DNA of 30,563 nucleotides from Gammaproteobacteria bacterium (lineage in GTDB: Bacteria > Pseudomonadota > Gammaproteobacteria > Burkholderiales > SG8-39): positions 1-30,563 of the forward strand of contig JBGPLD010000001.1 in the NCBI GenBank assembly GCA_041486325.1, written 5' to 3'. Every line of letters starts with the position of its first letter. The stretch's first letter is position 1. Made by a program: the position numbers and the translations under genes. Shown in pieces: positions 8,337-18,198 of this stretch. The notes beneath the pieces were generated by a model that ran no database searches, had not been told where the DNA came from, and worked only from the letters and a program-made list of their open reading frames with translations.

Positions 8337-8366
8337 ATTATAGGCCGGTAAGTCGGGGAATATCAA
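8337..8366 (-). promoter_or_regulatory. Sigma70 promoter of rpmB-rpmG
   Basis: Minus strand TTGATA (8366-8361)-N18-TATAAT (8342-8337). Confidence 0.8.
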
Positions 8367-8411
8367 GCCGGGAATTCGCTCATCCTTCGCGCCCTCTGCG
8401 GTAAGCAGTCC

Positions 8412-9086
8412 CTACAGCAGTCCGCGCTCGGCAAAGGACAGAGTGCGCGTTCCCGCGACGATGAAATGGTCGAGCACCTGGACGTCCACCAGCGCGAGCG
8501 CTGCTTTCAGCGAGCGCGTGAGAATTTCGTCGGCGTGGCTGGGCTCGGCGATGCCAGAGGGGTGGTTGTGGGCGAAGATCACGGCGGCGGCATTGGCCTT
8601 CAACGCGCACTTCACGACCTCGCGCGGGTAGACACTGGTCTGCGTCAGCGTGCCGCGAAACAGCTCTTCGAACGCGATTACTCGATGCTGCGCATCGAGC
8701 AGCAGCACGACGAACACCTCGTGCTCGCGCCCGCCGAGCGAAAGGCGGAGATAGTCGCGCACCGCCCGCGGCGAGGACAGCGCGTCGCACGAGGACAATT
8801 CCTCCTTGAGGGCGCGGCGTGCCAGTTCCAGTGCCGCCTGGAGTTGCGCAAGCTTGGCATTACCCAGGCCCGGCGTTTCCGCGAGGCTGCTGGAGTCCGC
8901 TTCGAGCAGCGCCGCGACCGAGCCAAAGCGCGAGAGCAGCGCACGCGCGAGATCCACCGCGCTCTTACCCCTGACTCCGGTGCGAAGAAGGATCGCGAGC
9001 AGTTCGGCGTCGGCGAGCGATCGGGCGCCGAGCGCGAGCAACCGCTCGCGCGGGCGTTCCTGAAGCGGCCAGTCCGAAATCGCCAC
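8412..9086 (-). CDS. radC: RadC / JAB (MPN) domain protein, UPF0758
   Basis: [24 protein letters not shown], HhH region, [28 protein letters not shown]; classic position between coaBC and rpmB; GTG start. Confidence 0.95.
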   Translation of the reverse strand: MAISDWPLQERPRERLLALGARSLADAELLAILLRTGVRGKSAVDLARALLSRFGSVAALLEADSSSLAETPGLGNAKLAQLQAALELARRALKEELSSCDALSSPRAVRDYLRLSLGGREHEVFVVLLLDAQHRVIAFEELFRGTLTQTSVYPREVVKCALKANAAAVIFAHNHPSGIAEPSHADEILTRSLKAALALVDVQVLDHFIVAGTRTLSFAERGLL

Positions 9087-9145
9087 GGTGAGGTTTTTCC
9101 CTTAGAATCGCACCCTTACGCCATAACGCACAGATACGAATCGCG

Positions 9146-10336
9146 ATGACCGGTCTCTCCGGAAAACAGATTCTGCTCGGGATCACCGGCGGTATCGCCG
9201 CCTACAAGGCGGCGGAGCTGACGCGCCTTTTCGTCAAGGCGGGCGCCGACGTGCGCGTCGTCATGACCGACGCCGCCTGCCGGTTCATCACGCCGACGAC
9301 AATGCAGGCGCTCTCGTCCAAGCCGGTTTACTCCGATATGTGGGACGCGCGCGTGCCCGACAGCATGGGCCATATCGAGCTGTCGCGCGACCGCGACCTG
9401 ATTGTGGTCGCGCCCGCGAGCGCCGACTTCCTCGCCAAGCTCGCCAACGGGCTCGCCGACGATCTGCTCTCCACGCTGTGCCTTGCGCGGCGCTGTCCGC
9501 TGCTGGTCGCGCCGGCGATGAACGTCGAGATGTGGGGAAACGCGGCCACGCAGCGCAATATTGCGCGCCTGCGCGTGAACGGCGTAGTTATTCTCGGGCC
9601 GGCGGCCGGCGACCAGGCCTGCGGCGAAACCGGCATGGGCCGCATGCTTGAGGCAAAGGAAATCTTCGCCGAAGTCGCGGGTGCCTTCGGTCCCAGGCTG
9701 CTTGCCGGGAAGAAGGTGCTCGTCACTGCGGGACCGACCTACGAGCCGATAGATACGGTGCGGGGCATCACCAATCTGAGTTCGGGCAAGATGGGCTACG
9801 CCGTGGCACAGGCCGCGGCGGAGGCCGGCGCGAAGGTGACGCTGGTTTCGGGCGCGACCTCGCTCGCCACGCCGGCGGGGGTCGAGCGACAGGACGTGCT
9901 CACCGCGCGCGATATGCACCGGGCGGTAATGGCGCAGGCAAGAAGCGCAGATGTTTTCATTTCCGTCGCCGCCGTTGCCGATTTCCATCCGGTCGATCCC
10001 AAGCCGCACAAGATCAAGCGCGGCGACGGTAGCCTTAGCCTGGAGTTGGCACCGAATCCCGACATTCTAGGGGAGGTCGCGGCGATGAAAAATGCGCCGT
10101 TCTGCGTCGGCTTCGCCGCCGAAACCGAGAACATGAAGGCGAATGCGCAGGCCAAGCGCAATAAGAAAAGCATCCCTCTGCTCGCCGCGAACCTCGCGCA
10201 GGAGGCGTTCGGCAAGGACACCAACGCGCTGACGCTGTTCGACGATCAGGGCGTACACGAGCTCGCGCGCGCACCGAAGATCGTTGTTGCGCGCCAGCTC
10301 GTCGCACACATCGCGAAGATGCTGTTGGGGCGTTAG
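9146..10336 (+). CDS. coaBC: Bifunctional phosphopantothenoylcysteine decarboxylase / phosphopantothenate-cysteine ligase
   Basis: [61 protein letters not shown]. Confidence 0.97.
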   Translation: MTGLSGKQILLGITGGIAAYKAAELTRLFVKAGADVRVVMTDAACRFITPTTMQALSSKPVYSDMWDARVPDSMGHIELSRDRDLIVVAPASADFLAKLANGLADDLLSTLCLARRCPLLVAPAMNVEMWGNAATQRNIARLRVNGVVILGPAAGDQACGETGMGRMLEAKEIFAEVAGAFGPRLLAGKKVLVTAGPTYEPIDTVRGITNLSSGKMGYAVAQAAAEAGAKVTLVSGATSLATPAGVERQDVLTARDMHRAVMAQARSADVFISVAAVADFHPVDPKPHKIKRGDGSLSLELAPNPDILGEVAAMKNAPFCVGFAAETENMKANAQAKRNKKSIPLLAANLAQEAFGKDTNALTLFDDQGVHELARAPKIVVARQLVAHIAKMLLGR

Positions 10337-10344
10337 GCAGCTCA

Positions 10345-10794
10345 TTGAGAAACCTCGACGTCAAGATCCTCGATCCGCGGTTGCGCGAAGCCATGCTGCA
10401 GTACGCCACTGGCGGTGCAGCGGGCCTCGATCTTCGCGCCTGTATCGCCTCGCCGCTCACGCTCGCCGCCGGCGCGGCCGAATTGGTGCCCAGCGGCCTC
10501 GCCATCCATCTCGCCGATCCGGGGTACGCCGCAGTGGTGTTGCCGCGATCCGGGCTCGGGCACAGGCACGGCATCGTGCTCGGCAACCTCGTGGGGTTGA
10601 TCGACTCGGACTACCAGGGGCAGGTGATGGTCTCGGTGTGGAACCGCTCGGGTCAGGCATTCACGATCCAGCCGATGGACCGGATCGCGCAGCTCGTAGT
10701 GGTCCCCGTAGTGCAGGTCAAGCTGAACGTGGTGGAAGAATTCGCCGTGAGCGCTCGCGGCACCGGCGGTTTTGGAAGTACAGGAAAAAGCTGA
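10345..10794 (+). CDS. dut: dUTP diphosphatase
   Basis: [39 protein letters not shown]; TTG start. Confidence 0.97.
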   Translation: MRNLDVKILDPRLREAMLQYATGGAAGLDLRACIASPLTLAAGAAELVPSGLAIHLADPGYAAVVLPRSGLGHRHGIVLGNLVGLIDSDYQGQVMVSVWNRSGQAFTIQPMDRIAQLVVVPVVQVKLNVVEEFAVSARGTGGFGSTGKS

Positions 10795-10829
10795 TCAGCA
10801 AAATCTGATCGCTGCGGTGCGTTGGGGGT

Positions 10830-10863
10830 AACGGGGGAAGAGGGCGCTCCCTCTTCCCCTGTT
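10830..10863. terminator. Strong hairpin between convergent dut and fccB
   Basis: AACGGGGGAAGAGGG-CGCT-CCCTCTTCCCCTGTT: 15-bp stem with one G-U pair; no long U tract on either side. Confidence 0.55.
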
Positions 10864-10906
10864 CCAATCTTACCCAGCGAGGGAAGCGCAAACCGTCAGG
10901 TTTGCA

Positions 10907-12199
10907 CTAACCGAGCATATCGGCCCAGATATTCTGCCCCCACGCCCAGCCATAGCCGCCTTCGATTTCGCTGCGTCCCGACGACACACCGCCTGAGCCG
11001 GGCACCGCGAGCAGCGTTTTCTGCCCGGCGTCGTATCGGTGCACTGAGGCGACGTGGATTCCTTCTTTGTCGCTGACGAAGCTGTAGCAGGTATTCGTGA
11101 TCACCGGCTGAGGGTTCGGCTGGCGGCCATTCATGATTTCGATGATCGCAGCCGCGGCGATCTTTCCGTGCTGGTTGGCCATGTGGCCCGATTTCGGCAT
11201 TGCCGGCGCCGACAGCGTGGAATCGCCGAGCACGTGGATTCCCTTGTGGGCAAGCGATTCCATCGTGAGCCAGTCCACCCCGCACCAGCGGTTGTTGGCG
11301 GTAACGAGGCCCGCTGTGCGCGCGACATCGCCCGCGCGCATCGGCGGCAGCACGTTGAGCACGTCGCCCTTGATGGTGTCGAAGTCGGTCTTCACGGTCA
11401 TGGCGTGCGCGTCGACCGCTTTGACATCGTTGTTGTTGCGATAATCGACAATGCCGCCGTACAGATCACGCCACGCCGCCTTGAACAGCGGGCCCTTGGA
11501 TACGACGTCTTCGTTGGCGTCGAGGACCAGCACCTTGGAGCGCGGCTTCGCCTGCTTGAAATACCAAGCTACCTGGCAGGCGCGCTCGTACGGTCCCGGC
11601 GGGCAGCGGTAGGGCGCTTTGGGGATGGAGAGGATATAGACGCCGCCATCGCGCATCGTCTCCAGCTGCTGGCGCAGCGCGGTTGTTTCCGGCCCAGCTT
11701 TCCAGGCGTGCAGTAGGGTCTTTTGCGCCTCCGTGTTGTAGCCCTCGATCTGATCGTGCATGAAGTCCACGCCCGGCGACACGATCAGCCGGTCGAAGGG
11801 CAGGTCCTCAATGCGTTTCAGGCCGACCCGCTTCTTTTCAACGTTGATGCCGGTCACTTCGTCGCGGATTACCTGCACGCCATATCCGCGCAGTCCGGCG
11901 TAGCCGCGCGTGATGTCGCCCATCTGCTTGCTTCCCCCCAGCACGAGGTTCGAGATCGGGCAGGAGACGAACTCAGTGCTTCGCTCGATCATGAATACCT
12001 CTATCGTGCCCTCGCTCCACATGCGCAGGTACTTAGACGCTGTGGCGCCGCCATAGCCGCCGCCAATGACGATGACGCGGCCGACGGGCTTCCTGGCCTC
12101 AGGGGCTGCTGTGCAGCCCAAAATGACGGAAGAAGCGGCTGAAGCGGCCGCGCCCGCAGCCGCGGCCTTGATGAACTTGCGTCGCGTGAACTGGCTCAT
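10907..12199 (-). CDS. fccB: Flavocytochrome c sulfide dehydrogenase, flavoprotein subunit (FccB/SoxF)
   Basis: True start ATG 12199 (AGGGG RBS): MSQFTRRKFIK Tat signal, VIVIGGGYGG FAD motif, redox Cys in YRCPPGPYER and NTCYS, PKSGHMAN; 430 aa. The 5' part of track ORF 10907..12568 is spurious. Confidence 0.9.
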   Translation of the reverse strand: MSQFTRRKFIKAAAAGAAASAASSVILGCTAAPEARKPVGRVIVIGGGYGGATASKYLRMWSEGTIEVFMIERSTEFVSCPISNLVLGGSKQMGDITRGYAGLRGYGVQVIRDEVTGINVEKKRVGLKRIEDLPFDRLIVSPGVDFMHDQIEGYNTEAQKTLLHAWKAGPETTALRQQLETMRDGGVYILSIPKAPYRCPPGPYERACQVAWYFKQAKPRSKVLVLDANEDVVSKGPLFKAAWRDLYGGIVDYRNNNDVKAVDAHAMTVKTDFDTIKGDVLNVLPPMRAGDVARTAGLVTANNRWCGVDWLTMESLAHKGIHVLGDSTLSAPAMPKSGHMANQHGKIAAAAIIEIMNGRQPNPQPVITNTCYSFVSDKEGIHVASVHRYDAGQKTLLAVPGSGGVSSGRSEIEGGYGWAWGQNIWADMLG

Positions 12200-12207
12200 G
12201 ATTGCCC

Positions 12208-12522
12208 CTATTTCGCTTTCTGCGCCGCGAAAAACGCGGCCAGCGCCTCGATCTGCTCGTCGGTGTAGCCTTTCGAAATCTGATGCATGAGGGTCGCGGG
12301 GCGCGCGCCGGACCTGAAATCCTTCATCTGCTGGACGAGGTAGGTTCTCTGCTGGCCAGCGAGGTTCGGCATGCCCTGTTGGCTCACTCCGTTGGTGCCA
12401 TGGCAGTTGGCGCAGGCGGCGGCGAGATTGCGCTCGAAGCTGGGATCGGCGCCTTGCGCAAGGGCGGGCAGGGCAAGGGCCGCGCCCGCGAGGAGCACGG
12501 CGGCAAGCAGCAGACGGATCAT
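12208..12522 (-). CDS. fccA: Monoheme cytochrome c subunit of the flavocytochrome c (FccA-like)
   Basis: Start ATG 12522 (GAGGAG RBS); signal peptide, single CANCH heme motif, distal Met in TLMHQISKGY; 104 aa. Confidence 0.88.
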   Translation of the reverse strand: MIRLLLAAVLLAGAALALPALAQGADPSFERNLAAACANCHGTNGVSQQGMPNLAGQQRTYLVQQMKDFRSGARPATLMHQISKGYTDEQIEALAAFFAAQKAK

Positions 12523-12604
12523 GGTGTCTCCTCGGCGGCGCAATATTGCTGTCCGACCGAGTTTCCACGGCGCCGGATACCCTGTCAAGAGCCGAGCTGG
12601 GGCG

Positions 12605-12630
12605 AAATAAAAAGGCTGCCCGCGGCAGCC
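12605..12630 (-). terminator. Rho-independent terminator of clpS-clpA
   Basis: Minus strand GGCTGCC-GCG-GGCAGCC-TTTTTATTT. Confidence 0.75.
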
Positions 12631-12656
12631 CATTTCTACAGAAAGCGTGGAGCCGA

Positions 12657-14933
12657 TCAGGTTTCCGACGCGACCTCGGAGACCTTGTCCTCCACGAACT
12701 TGAGCTCGATCTTGCCGCTTTCGTCGATGTCCACCGTCACCTTGCCGCCGTTGGCGAGCTTGCCGAACAGGAGCTCGTCGGCCAGCGCACGGCGGATCGT
12801 GTCCTGGATGAGACGCGACATCGGCCGGGCTCCCATTGCCGGATCGAAGCCGTGCTTGGCGAGATACGCGCGCAGTGCGTCAGTAAAGGCCGCCTCGACT
12901 TTCTTCTCGTGAAGTTGCGCCTCGAGCTGCATGAGGAATTTGTCCACCACGCGCAGGATGATATCGTGGTCGAGTGATTTGAACGAGATGGTCGCATCGA
13001 GCCGATTGCGGAACTCTGGCGAGAACAGGCGCTTGATCTCGACACTCTCGTCGCCTGGCTCCTTCTTCGAAGTGAAGCCCATGACCGGGCGGTTGAGAGC
13101 TTCTGCTCCGGCGTTGGTCGTCATGACGATGATGACGTTCCTGAAGTCGGCCTTCCTGCCGTTGTTGTCGGTGAGCGTGCCGTGATCCATTACCTGCAGG
13201 AGGATGTTGAAAATGTCCGGGTGCGCCTTCTCGATCTCGTCGAGGAGCAGCACTGAGTAGGGCTTCTTGGTGACGGCCTCGGTCAGGAGGCCCCCCTGAT
13301 CGAAGCCGACATAGCCGGGCGGCGCGCCGATCAGGCGCGACACCGCGTGCCGCTCCATGTATTCGGACATGTCGAAGCGATGCAGCTCGATGCCCATGCA
13401 ATACGCGAGCTGGCGCGCGACCTCGGTCTTGCCGACGCCGGTGGGTCCGCTGAAGAGGAAGCACCCGATCGGTTTCTGCGGATTGGCGAGCCCGGAGCGC
13501 GCGGTCCGGATTGCCGCGACCAGCGCTTCAATGGCATTGTCCTGGCCGAACACCACCGCCTTCAGGTCACGGTCGAGGTTCTTGAGCGTGGCCCGATCAT
13601 CCTGGGAAACCGAAGCCGGGGGGATGCGCGCGATCTTTGCGATGATCTCCTCGATCTCGGTTTTGCCGACGACCTTTTTCTGCTTGGACTTGGGCAGGAT
13701 CTTCTGCGCGGCGCCGGCTTCGTCGATGACGTCGATCGCCTTGTCGGGCAGGTGCCGATCGTTGATGTAGCGAGCAGAAAGCTCCGCCGCGCTGGTGAGA
13801 GCGTTGCCGCTGTACTTGATCCCGTGGTGCGCCTCAAAACGCGATTTTAGGCCGCGCAGGATTTGCACGGTCTCTTCGATCGAGGGTTCGGTCACGTCGA
13901 TTTTCTGGAAGCGCCGCGACAATGCATGGTCTTTCTCGAACACGCCACGGTACTCGTTGTAGGTGGTCGCGCCGATGCATTTAAGCGCGCCCGTCGACAG
14001 CGCGGGCTTGAGCAAGTTCGAGGCGTCCAGCGTTCCGCCCGAAGCCGCACCGGCGCCGATGAGCGTATGGATCTCGTCAATGAACAGGATCGCGTTGGGG
14101 TTGTCCACCAATTGTTTGAGCACGGCCTTCAGCCGCTGCTCGAAATCGCCGCGGTACTTGGTGCCGGCAAGCAACGCGCCCATGTCGAGCGCGTAGACTT
14201 GGCATTTCGCCAGGATTTCCGGTACCTGGCCCTCGACGATGCGCCGCGCGAGCCCCTCGGCGATCGCCGTTTTGCCGACGCCTGCTTCGCCCACGAGCAG
14301 CGGGTTGTTCTTGCGCCGGCGGCACAGCGTCTGAATGACGCGCTCGATCTCGCGCTCGCGGCCGATGAGCGGATCGATCTTGCCGACCAGCGCTTGCGCG
14401 TTGAGGTTGAGCGTGTAGGTTTCGAGCGCGCCGCCCGTCTGCTGCTCCTCGCCCGCCGTTTCCTGCTCGGCTTCGCCTCCTTTCGCGTCCTTTGATTGCG
14501 GCGTTTTGGTGATGCCGTGCGAAATGTAATTGACCACGTCCAGGCGCGTGACGCCCTGCTGGTGCAGGAAGTACACGGCGTGCGAGTCCTTTTCGCCGAA
14601 GATCGCAACCAGCACGTTGGCCCCGGTGACCTCTTTCTTGCCCGAGGACTGCACGTGCAGGATCGCGCGCTGGATGACGCGCTGGAATCCGAGCGTCGGC
14701 TGAGTGTCGATCTCCTCTGTGCCGGCGACCGTGGGGGTGTGCGCGATGATGAAGTCCCCCAGCGCCTTTCTCAGCTCATCGATGTTGGCGGCGCAGGCGC
14801 GCAGTACCTCGGCGGCAGTCGGATTGTCCAGCAAGGCGAGCAGCAGGTGCTCGACGGTGATGAACTCGTGCCGCTTCTGGCGCGCCTCCACGAATGCCAT
14901 GTGAAGGCTGACTTCAAGCTCCTGCGCAATCAT
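12657..14933 (-). CDS. clpA: ATP-dependent Clp protease ATP-binding subunit ClpA
   Basis: [27 protein letters not shown], two Walker A motifs ([16 protein letters not shown]), [21 protein letters not shown]; 758 aa; downstream of clpS. Confidence 0.97.
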   Translation of the reverse strand: MIAQELEVSLHMAFVEARQKRHEFITVEHLLLALLDNPTAAEVLRACAANIDELRKALGDFIIAHTPTVAGTEEIDTQPTLGFQRVIQRAILHVQSSGKKEVTGANVLVAIFGEKDSHAVYFLHQQGVTRLDVVNYISHGITKTPQSKDAKGGEAEQETAGEEQQTGGALETYTLNLNAQALVGKIDPLIGREREIERVIQTLCRRRKNNPLLVGEAGVGKTAIAEGLARRIVEGQVPEILAKCQVYALDMGALLAGTKYRGDFEQRLKAVLKQLVDNPNAILFIDEIHTLIGAGAASGGTLDASNLLKPALSTGALKCIGATTYNEYRGVFEKDHALSRRFQKIDVTEPSIEETVQILRGLKSRFEAHHGIKYSGNALTSAAELSARYINDRHLPDKAIDVIDEAGAAQKILPKSKQKKVVGKTEIEEIIAKIARIPPASVSQDDRATLKNLDRDLKAVVFGQDNAIEALVAAIRTARSGLANPQKPIGCFLFSGPTGVGKTEVARQLAYCMGIELHRFDMSEYMERHAVSRLIGAPPGYVGFDQGGLLTEAVTKKPYSVLLLDEIEKAHPDIFNILLQVMDHGTLTDNNGRKADFRNVIIVMTTNAGAEALNRPVMGFTSKKEPGDESVEIKRLFSPEFRNRLDATISFKSLDHDIILRVVDKFLMQLEAQLHEKKVEAAFTDALRAYLAKHGFDPAMGARPMSRLIQDTIRRALADELLFGKLANGGKVTVDIDESGKIELKFVEDKVSEVASET

Positions 14934-14991
14934 CGTATCCTGTCCTCTCGCCTGGAGTAACTACAGGGATGCGAATCCCTTTTGCCCAACT

Positions 14992-15300
14992 TCAAGTCTC
15001 CTCCATAACGCATTGTAGCGGGTGCTGGTACTTGCGTGCATACGCGACGACCTGCTCGACTTTGGTCGTGGCGACGTCCTTGGGGTACACGCCACAGATT
15101 CCCATTCCTTCGCGGTGCACCTTGAGCATGACCTGGGTGGCTTGTTCCCGCGTCATGGAGAAGAACCTCTGCAGCACCGCAACCACGAATTCCATGGGGG
15201 TGTAGTCGTCGTTCAGGAGGACGACCTTGAAAAGAGGGGGAGGCTTGAGCTTGGCTTTCTTGGGCTCGAGCAGAACGCCTTCTCGCAGACGGGTCGACAT
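14992..15300 (-). CDS. clpS: Clp protease adaptor ClpS
   Basis: [34 protein letters not shown]. Confidence 0.97.
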   Translation of the reverse strand: MSTRLREGVLLEPKKAKLKPPPLFKVVLLNDDYTPMEFVVAVLQRFFSMTREQATQVMLKVHREGMGICGVYPKDVATTKVEQVVAYARKYQHPLQCVMEET

Positions 15301-15509
15301 ATTTCATTTAACTTATGCCAGAAGCTAGTGTCCGTCAAACCGGTATGGCCGGTTTCCCGAACGAAAGATCTCGGCTCCATGCCCTCGCTTTCGATAGAAA
15401 ATGCCCGTATTCCGCAGAAGAACTTGATTCAGTAATGTAGTCTCTGCCGTCGCCGCACGCAACCTTAAACGCTTCGGCGGAACAAGGGGTTGACGTTCTC
15501 CCCGGGCAC

Positions 15510-15538
15510 TTGACGCCGCCGCCCAAAGCGCGTAAAAG
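15510..15538 (+). promoter_or_regulatory. Candidate promoter for the cold-shock gene (implies a 5' UTR of about 100 nt)
   Basis: TTGACG (15510-15515)-N17-TAAAAG (15533-15538). Confidence 0.45.
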
Positions 15539-15650
15539 CCTTCCCTGTGTTTGTCCTCCATGCGGTTTGCAGGCGTTAAATCCCTCTGCTGCGTTGAAGT
15601 GCAGGCATAGTTCGGGGACGTTTCCCGGTTTAATTTTTCAGGAAGGCTCT

Positions 15651-15857
15651 ATGCCAACAGGTACGGTTAAGTGGTTCAATGATGCCAAGGGTTATGGCTT
15701 TATAACCCCGGATGACGGTGGCGAAGATCTGTTCGCGCACTTCTCCGCGATCCAGATGAGCGGATTCAAGACGCTCAAGGAAGGACAAAAGGTCCAGTTC
15801 GAGGTCACGCAAGGCCCGAAGGGCAAGCAGGCTTCGAACATCCAGTCGCCGAGCTAG
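15651..15857 (+). CDS. cspD: Cold-shock domain protein (CspD position, divergent from clpS)
   Basis: [34 protein letters not shown]; 68 aa from ATG 15651. The cspD label rests on synteny. Confidence 0.85.
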   Translation: MPTGTVKWFNDAKGYGFITPDDGGEDLFAHFSAIQMSGFKTLKEGQKVQFEVTQGPKGKQASNIQSPS

Positions 15858-15872
15858 CAGCAACCGGCTCGC

Positions 15873-15983
15873 TCGGGCGGCGTAGCCGCCCGACGCAATA
15901 CGCCCCCTTTGATTTTCGGCTCCGGGAAACCGGGGGCGAATGATCTTTTTTTGTTTGGCCGCCTCGCGCGGCCGATTTCTTTT
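15873..15983 (+). terminator. Three consecutive hairpins / tandem terminators after the csp gene
   Basis: TCGGGCGGC-GTA-GCCGCCCGA (15873-15893); GAAA-tetraloop hairpin 15915-15940 followed by T7 (15946-15952); TTGGCCGC-CTCGC-GCGGCCGA (15955-15975) followed by TTTCTTTT. Confidence 0.65.
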
Positions 15984-16053
15984 GGAATGTAACAGCCTGC
16001 TGCGCCCCCCGCTGGAACATCTTTTCCCGCCGGAGCCGGGGAGCGGTGATCCC

Positions 16054-17268
16054 TCAGTGCATGCGGCGCTTGAGTTCGGCGTCAACCGCAGTCAGGAATT
16101 CATCAGTGGTCAGGAACGGATGATCGGGCCGGATCAGGATGGCGAGGTCCTTGGTCATCTTTCCGGACTCGACGACATCGACGCAGACCTTTTCCAGGGT
16201 CTCCGCAAATCCGATCACCTCCGGCGTGTTGTCCATGCGGCCGCGAAAGATGAGCCCGCGCGTCCAGGCGAAGATCGAAGCGATCGGATTGGTCGAGGTC
16301 GGCTTGCCCTGCTGATGCAGTCTGTAGTGGCGGGTCACGGTGCCGTGCGCGGCTTCGGCCTCGACTGCCTTGCCGTCGGGCGACATCAGCACGGACGTCA
16401 TGAGTCCGAGCGAGCCGTACCCTTGCGCGACCGTGTCCGACTGCACGTCGCCGTCGTAGTTTTTGCAGGCCCACAGGTAGCCGCCACTCCACTTGAGACT
16501 TGAGGCCACCATGTCGTCGATGAGGCGGTGCTCGTAGGTAAGCTTGACCGCCTCGAATTTCTGCTTGAATTCCGAGTCGAATATCTCCTGGAACAGGTTC
16601 TTGAAGCGTCCGTCGTAGGTCTTGAGGATGGTGTTCTTGGTGGAGAGATACATCGGGTAGTTGCGCTGCAGCGCGTAGTTGAAGCAGGCGCGCGCAAAGC
16701 CCATGATCGACTCGTCCAGATTGAACATCGCCATGGTCACACCGGCGCCCGGGGCCTTGAACACCTCGCGCTCCACGGCCGGCCCCCCGCCCTCTGGCTG
16801 GAAGCTGAGCTTGATCGTGCCCGGGCCGTCGAATTTGATCTCGGTCGCGCGGTACTGGTCGCCGAAGCCGTGACGTGCGATCACCAGCGGCTTGTTCCAG
16901 TGCGTGACGATGCGCGGAACGTTCTTGCAGATGATCGGTTCGCGAAAGATCGTCCCGTCGAGAATATTGCGGATCGTGCCGTTCGGGCTGCGCCACATCT
17001 GCTTAAGGTTGAATTCCTTCACTCGCGCTTCGTCCGGCGTAATGGTGGCGCACTTCACAGCAACGCCGTATTGCCTTGTGGCATTGGCGGAGTCGATGGT
17101 GATCTGGTCATTCGTCCTGTTGCGCGCCTCCACCCCCAGATCGTAGTACTTCAGGTCGACGTCGAGGTAGGGAAGAATCAGTTTCTCGCGAATGATCTTC
17201 CATATGATGCGCGTCATTTCGTCGCCGTCCATTTCGACAACGGGATTCTTGACCTTGATTTTGCTCAC
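16054..17268 (-). CDS. icd: NADP-dependent isocitrate dehydrogenase, type II (eukaryote-like homodimer)
   Basis: [73 protein letters not shown]. Start GTG 17268 with CAGGAG RBS. Confidence 0.95.
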   Translation of the reverse strand: MSKIKVKNPVVEMDGDEMTRIIWKIIREKLILPYLDVDLKYYDLGVEARNRTNDQITIDSANATRQYGVAVKCATITPDEARVKEFNLKQMWRSPNGTIRNILDGTIFREPIICKNVPRIVTHWNKPLVIARHGFGDQYRATEIKFDGPGTIKLSFQPEGGGPAVEREVFKAPGAGVTMAMFNLDESIMGFARACFNYALQRNYPMYLSTKNTILKTYDGRFKNLFQEIFDSEFKQKFEAVKLTYEHRLIDDMVASSLKWSGGYLWACKNYDGDVQSDTVAQGYGSLGLMTSVLMSPDGKAVEAEAAHGTVTRHYRLHQQGKPTSTNPIASIFAWTRGLIFRGRMDNTPEVIGFAETLEKVCVDVVESGKMTKDLAILIRPDHPFLTTDEFLTAVDAELKRRMH

Positions 17269-17370
17269 GGAATGCTCCTGCAATTTTCGGGATGAACGGA
17301 AACGGTCGGCGCAGGCATCCAGTGTCGTTGCGGCCGCGCGGGAAAGACAGGTAGCCTGATCCGGGAAGGC

Positions 17371-17383
17371 CGCTATTATAGCG
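17371..17383 (-). promoter_or_regulatory. -10 element of icd embedded in a palindrome
   Basis: Minus strand TATAAT (17380-17375) lies inside CGCTAT-T-ATAGCG; -35 weak. Confidence 0.5.
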
Positions 17384-17520
17384 AATCGCCGCGTGCGCCG
17401 AATTTCCCGGCGTGGCGGAACCCTCGCTCTGCGTCGGACTCGGTCAACGTGATGATCGGTCGTGCCGTGACCTGGGAACGGCCACGATTCGTAGTGTCAT
17501 TTTTCGAAAGGAAAGGAGCC

Positions 17521-17730
17521 ATGAAGAAGAACATTACCCTGCTCGTTGCAGCCACCTTCGCGGGCGTGAGCGGGTTTGCGGCCGCGCAGGCCACGGCCCC
17601 TGCCGCGCCCTCCCCCGCAAAGGCGGAGAGCGTTAAGCCGCAGGCAAAGACCGACGCGCCGAAGCCTGAGGCCAAGGTGAAGAAAGCCAAGCCGGCCAAA
17701 AAGGTCAAGAAAGCCAAGGCAGCTAATTGA
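17521..17730 (+). CDS. Small exported Lys/Ala/Pro-rich low-complexity protein #1
   Basis: AAGGAG RBS, ATG 17521; MKKNITLLVAATFAGVSGFAAA signal peptide, then ...AKVKKAKPAKKVKKAKAAN; 69 aa. Confidence 0.8.
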   Translation: MKKNITLLVAATFAGVSGFAAAQATAPAAPSPAKAESVKPQAKTDAPKPEAKVKKAKPAKKVKKAKAAN

Positions 17731-17736
17731 TTGATT
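17724..17736 (-). promoter_or_regulatory. Consensus IHF site at the end of miniprotein #1, upstream of #2
   Basis: Minus strand AATCAATCAATTA is a full match to WATCAANNNNTTR. Confidence 0.5.
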
Positions 17737-17901
17737 TTACAATGGAAGTTTGCCAGGCAGGACTTTCGTCCGGCTAGATATTCACATTGCAGTGCCGGCT
17801 CGCTTGTCAACCGCAGGGTGGGAAGGGCGTTACTGGGAGGGACTGGTTCCGAACCAAAGGACCGGTCGCAACCTGATTCTTAACCACGCAGAGAGGGAAA
17901 C

Positions 17902-18123
17902 ATGAGGAAGCTGATCTCCATCCTGGTCGCCGCGGCGTTTGTCGTATCCAGCGGTGCGGTATTTGCCGCGTCCCACGTCGGCGCCCAGCCCATGGACAAG
18001 AAAGATGAAATGAAGAAGGACGCGAAGAAATCCGACAAGAAGGCTGAAAAGAAGCCCGCCAAAAAGACCGCAAAGAAGGACGCCAAGAAGGGCGAGCCGA
18101 AGAAGGACGACGCGAAGAAGTAA
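17902..18123 (+). CDS. Small exported Lys-rich repeat protein #2
   Basis: GAGGGA RBS; MRKLISILVAAAFVVSSGAVFA signal peptide, then ten KK dipeptides at about 4-residue spacing; 73 aa. Confidence 0.85.
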   Translation: MRKLISILVAAAFVVSSGAVFAASHVGAQPMDKKDEMKKDAKKSDKKAEKKPAKKTAKKDAKKGEPKKDDAKK

Positions 18124-18171
18124 TTCGTCTTCTGACGAATCCAAGGCAGGGGCTGAATCCCTGCCTTTTTT
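18123..18171 (+). terminator. Small hairpin plus Rho-independent terminator after miniprotein #2
   Basis: ATTCGTC-TTCT-GACGAAT (18123-18140), then AAGGCAGGG-GCTGAAT-CCCTGCCTT (18143-18167) with a T run to 18171. Confidence 0.8.
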
Positions 18172-18198
18172 ATTGTTCGCTCCGGATCGAATGACCTC

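Noticed and set aside
8412-9086. radC as a marker of a mobile or anti-restriction element
   Set aside because: It is the full-length chromosomal form in the canonical coaBC-radC-rpmB-rpmG context.
10907-12568. 553-aa ORF suggesting a long N-terminal extension or a frameshifted FccA-FccB fusion
   Set aside because: The extra 123 codons are an off-frame read of fccA. Both genes have their own RBS, start and export signal, and fccA has a clean stop at 12208.
15337-15429. 7-bp hairpin (15337-15355) and 12/13 IHF-like site (15417-15429) upstream of clpS
   Set aside because: Short or imperfect; not distinguishable from chance without conservation data.
17962-18120. Nucleotide tandem repeat or CRISPR-like array in the AAGAAG-rich stretch
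   Set aside because: The periodicity is explained by Lys-Lys codons with variable synonymous positions; there is no constant repeat with unique spacers.
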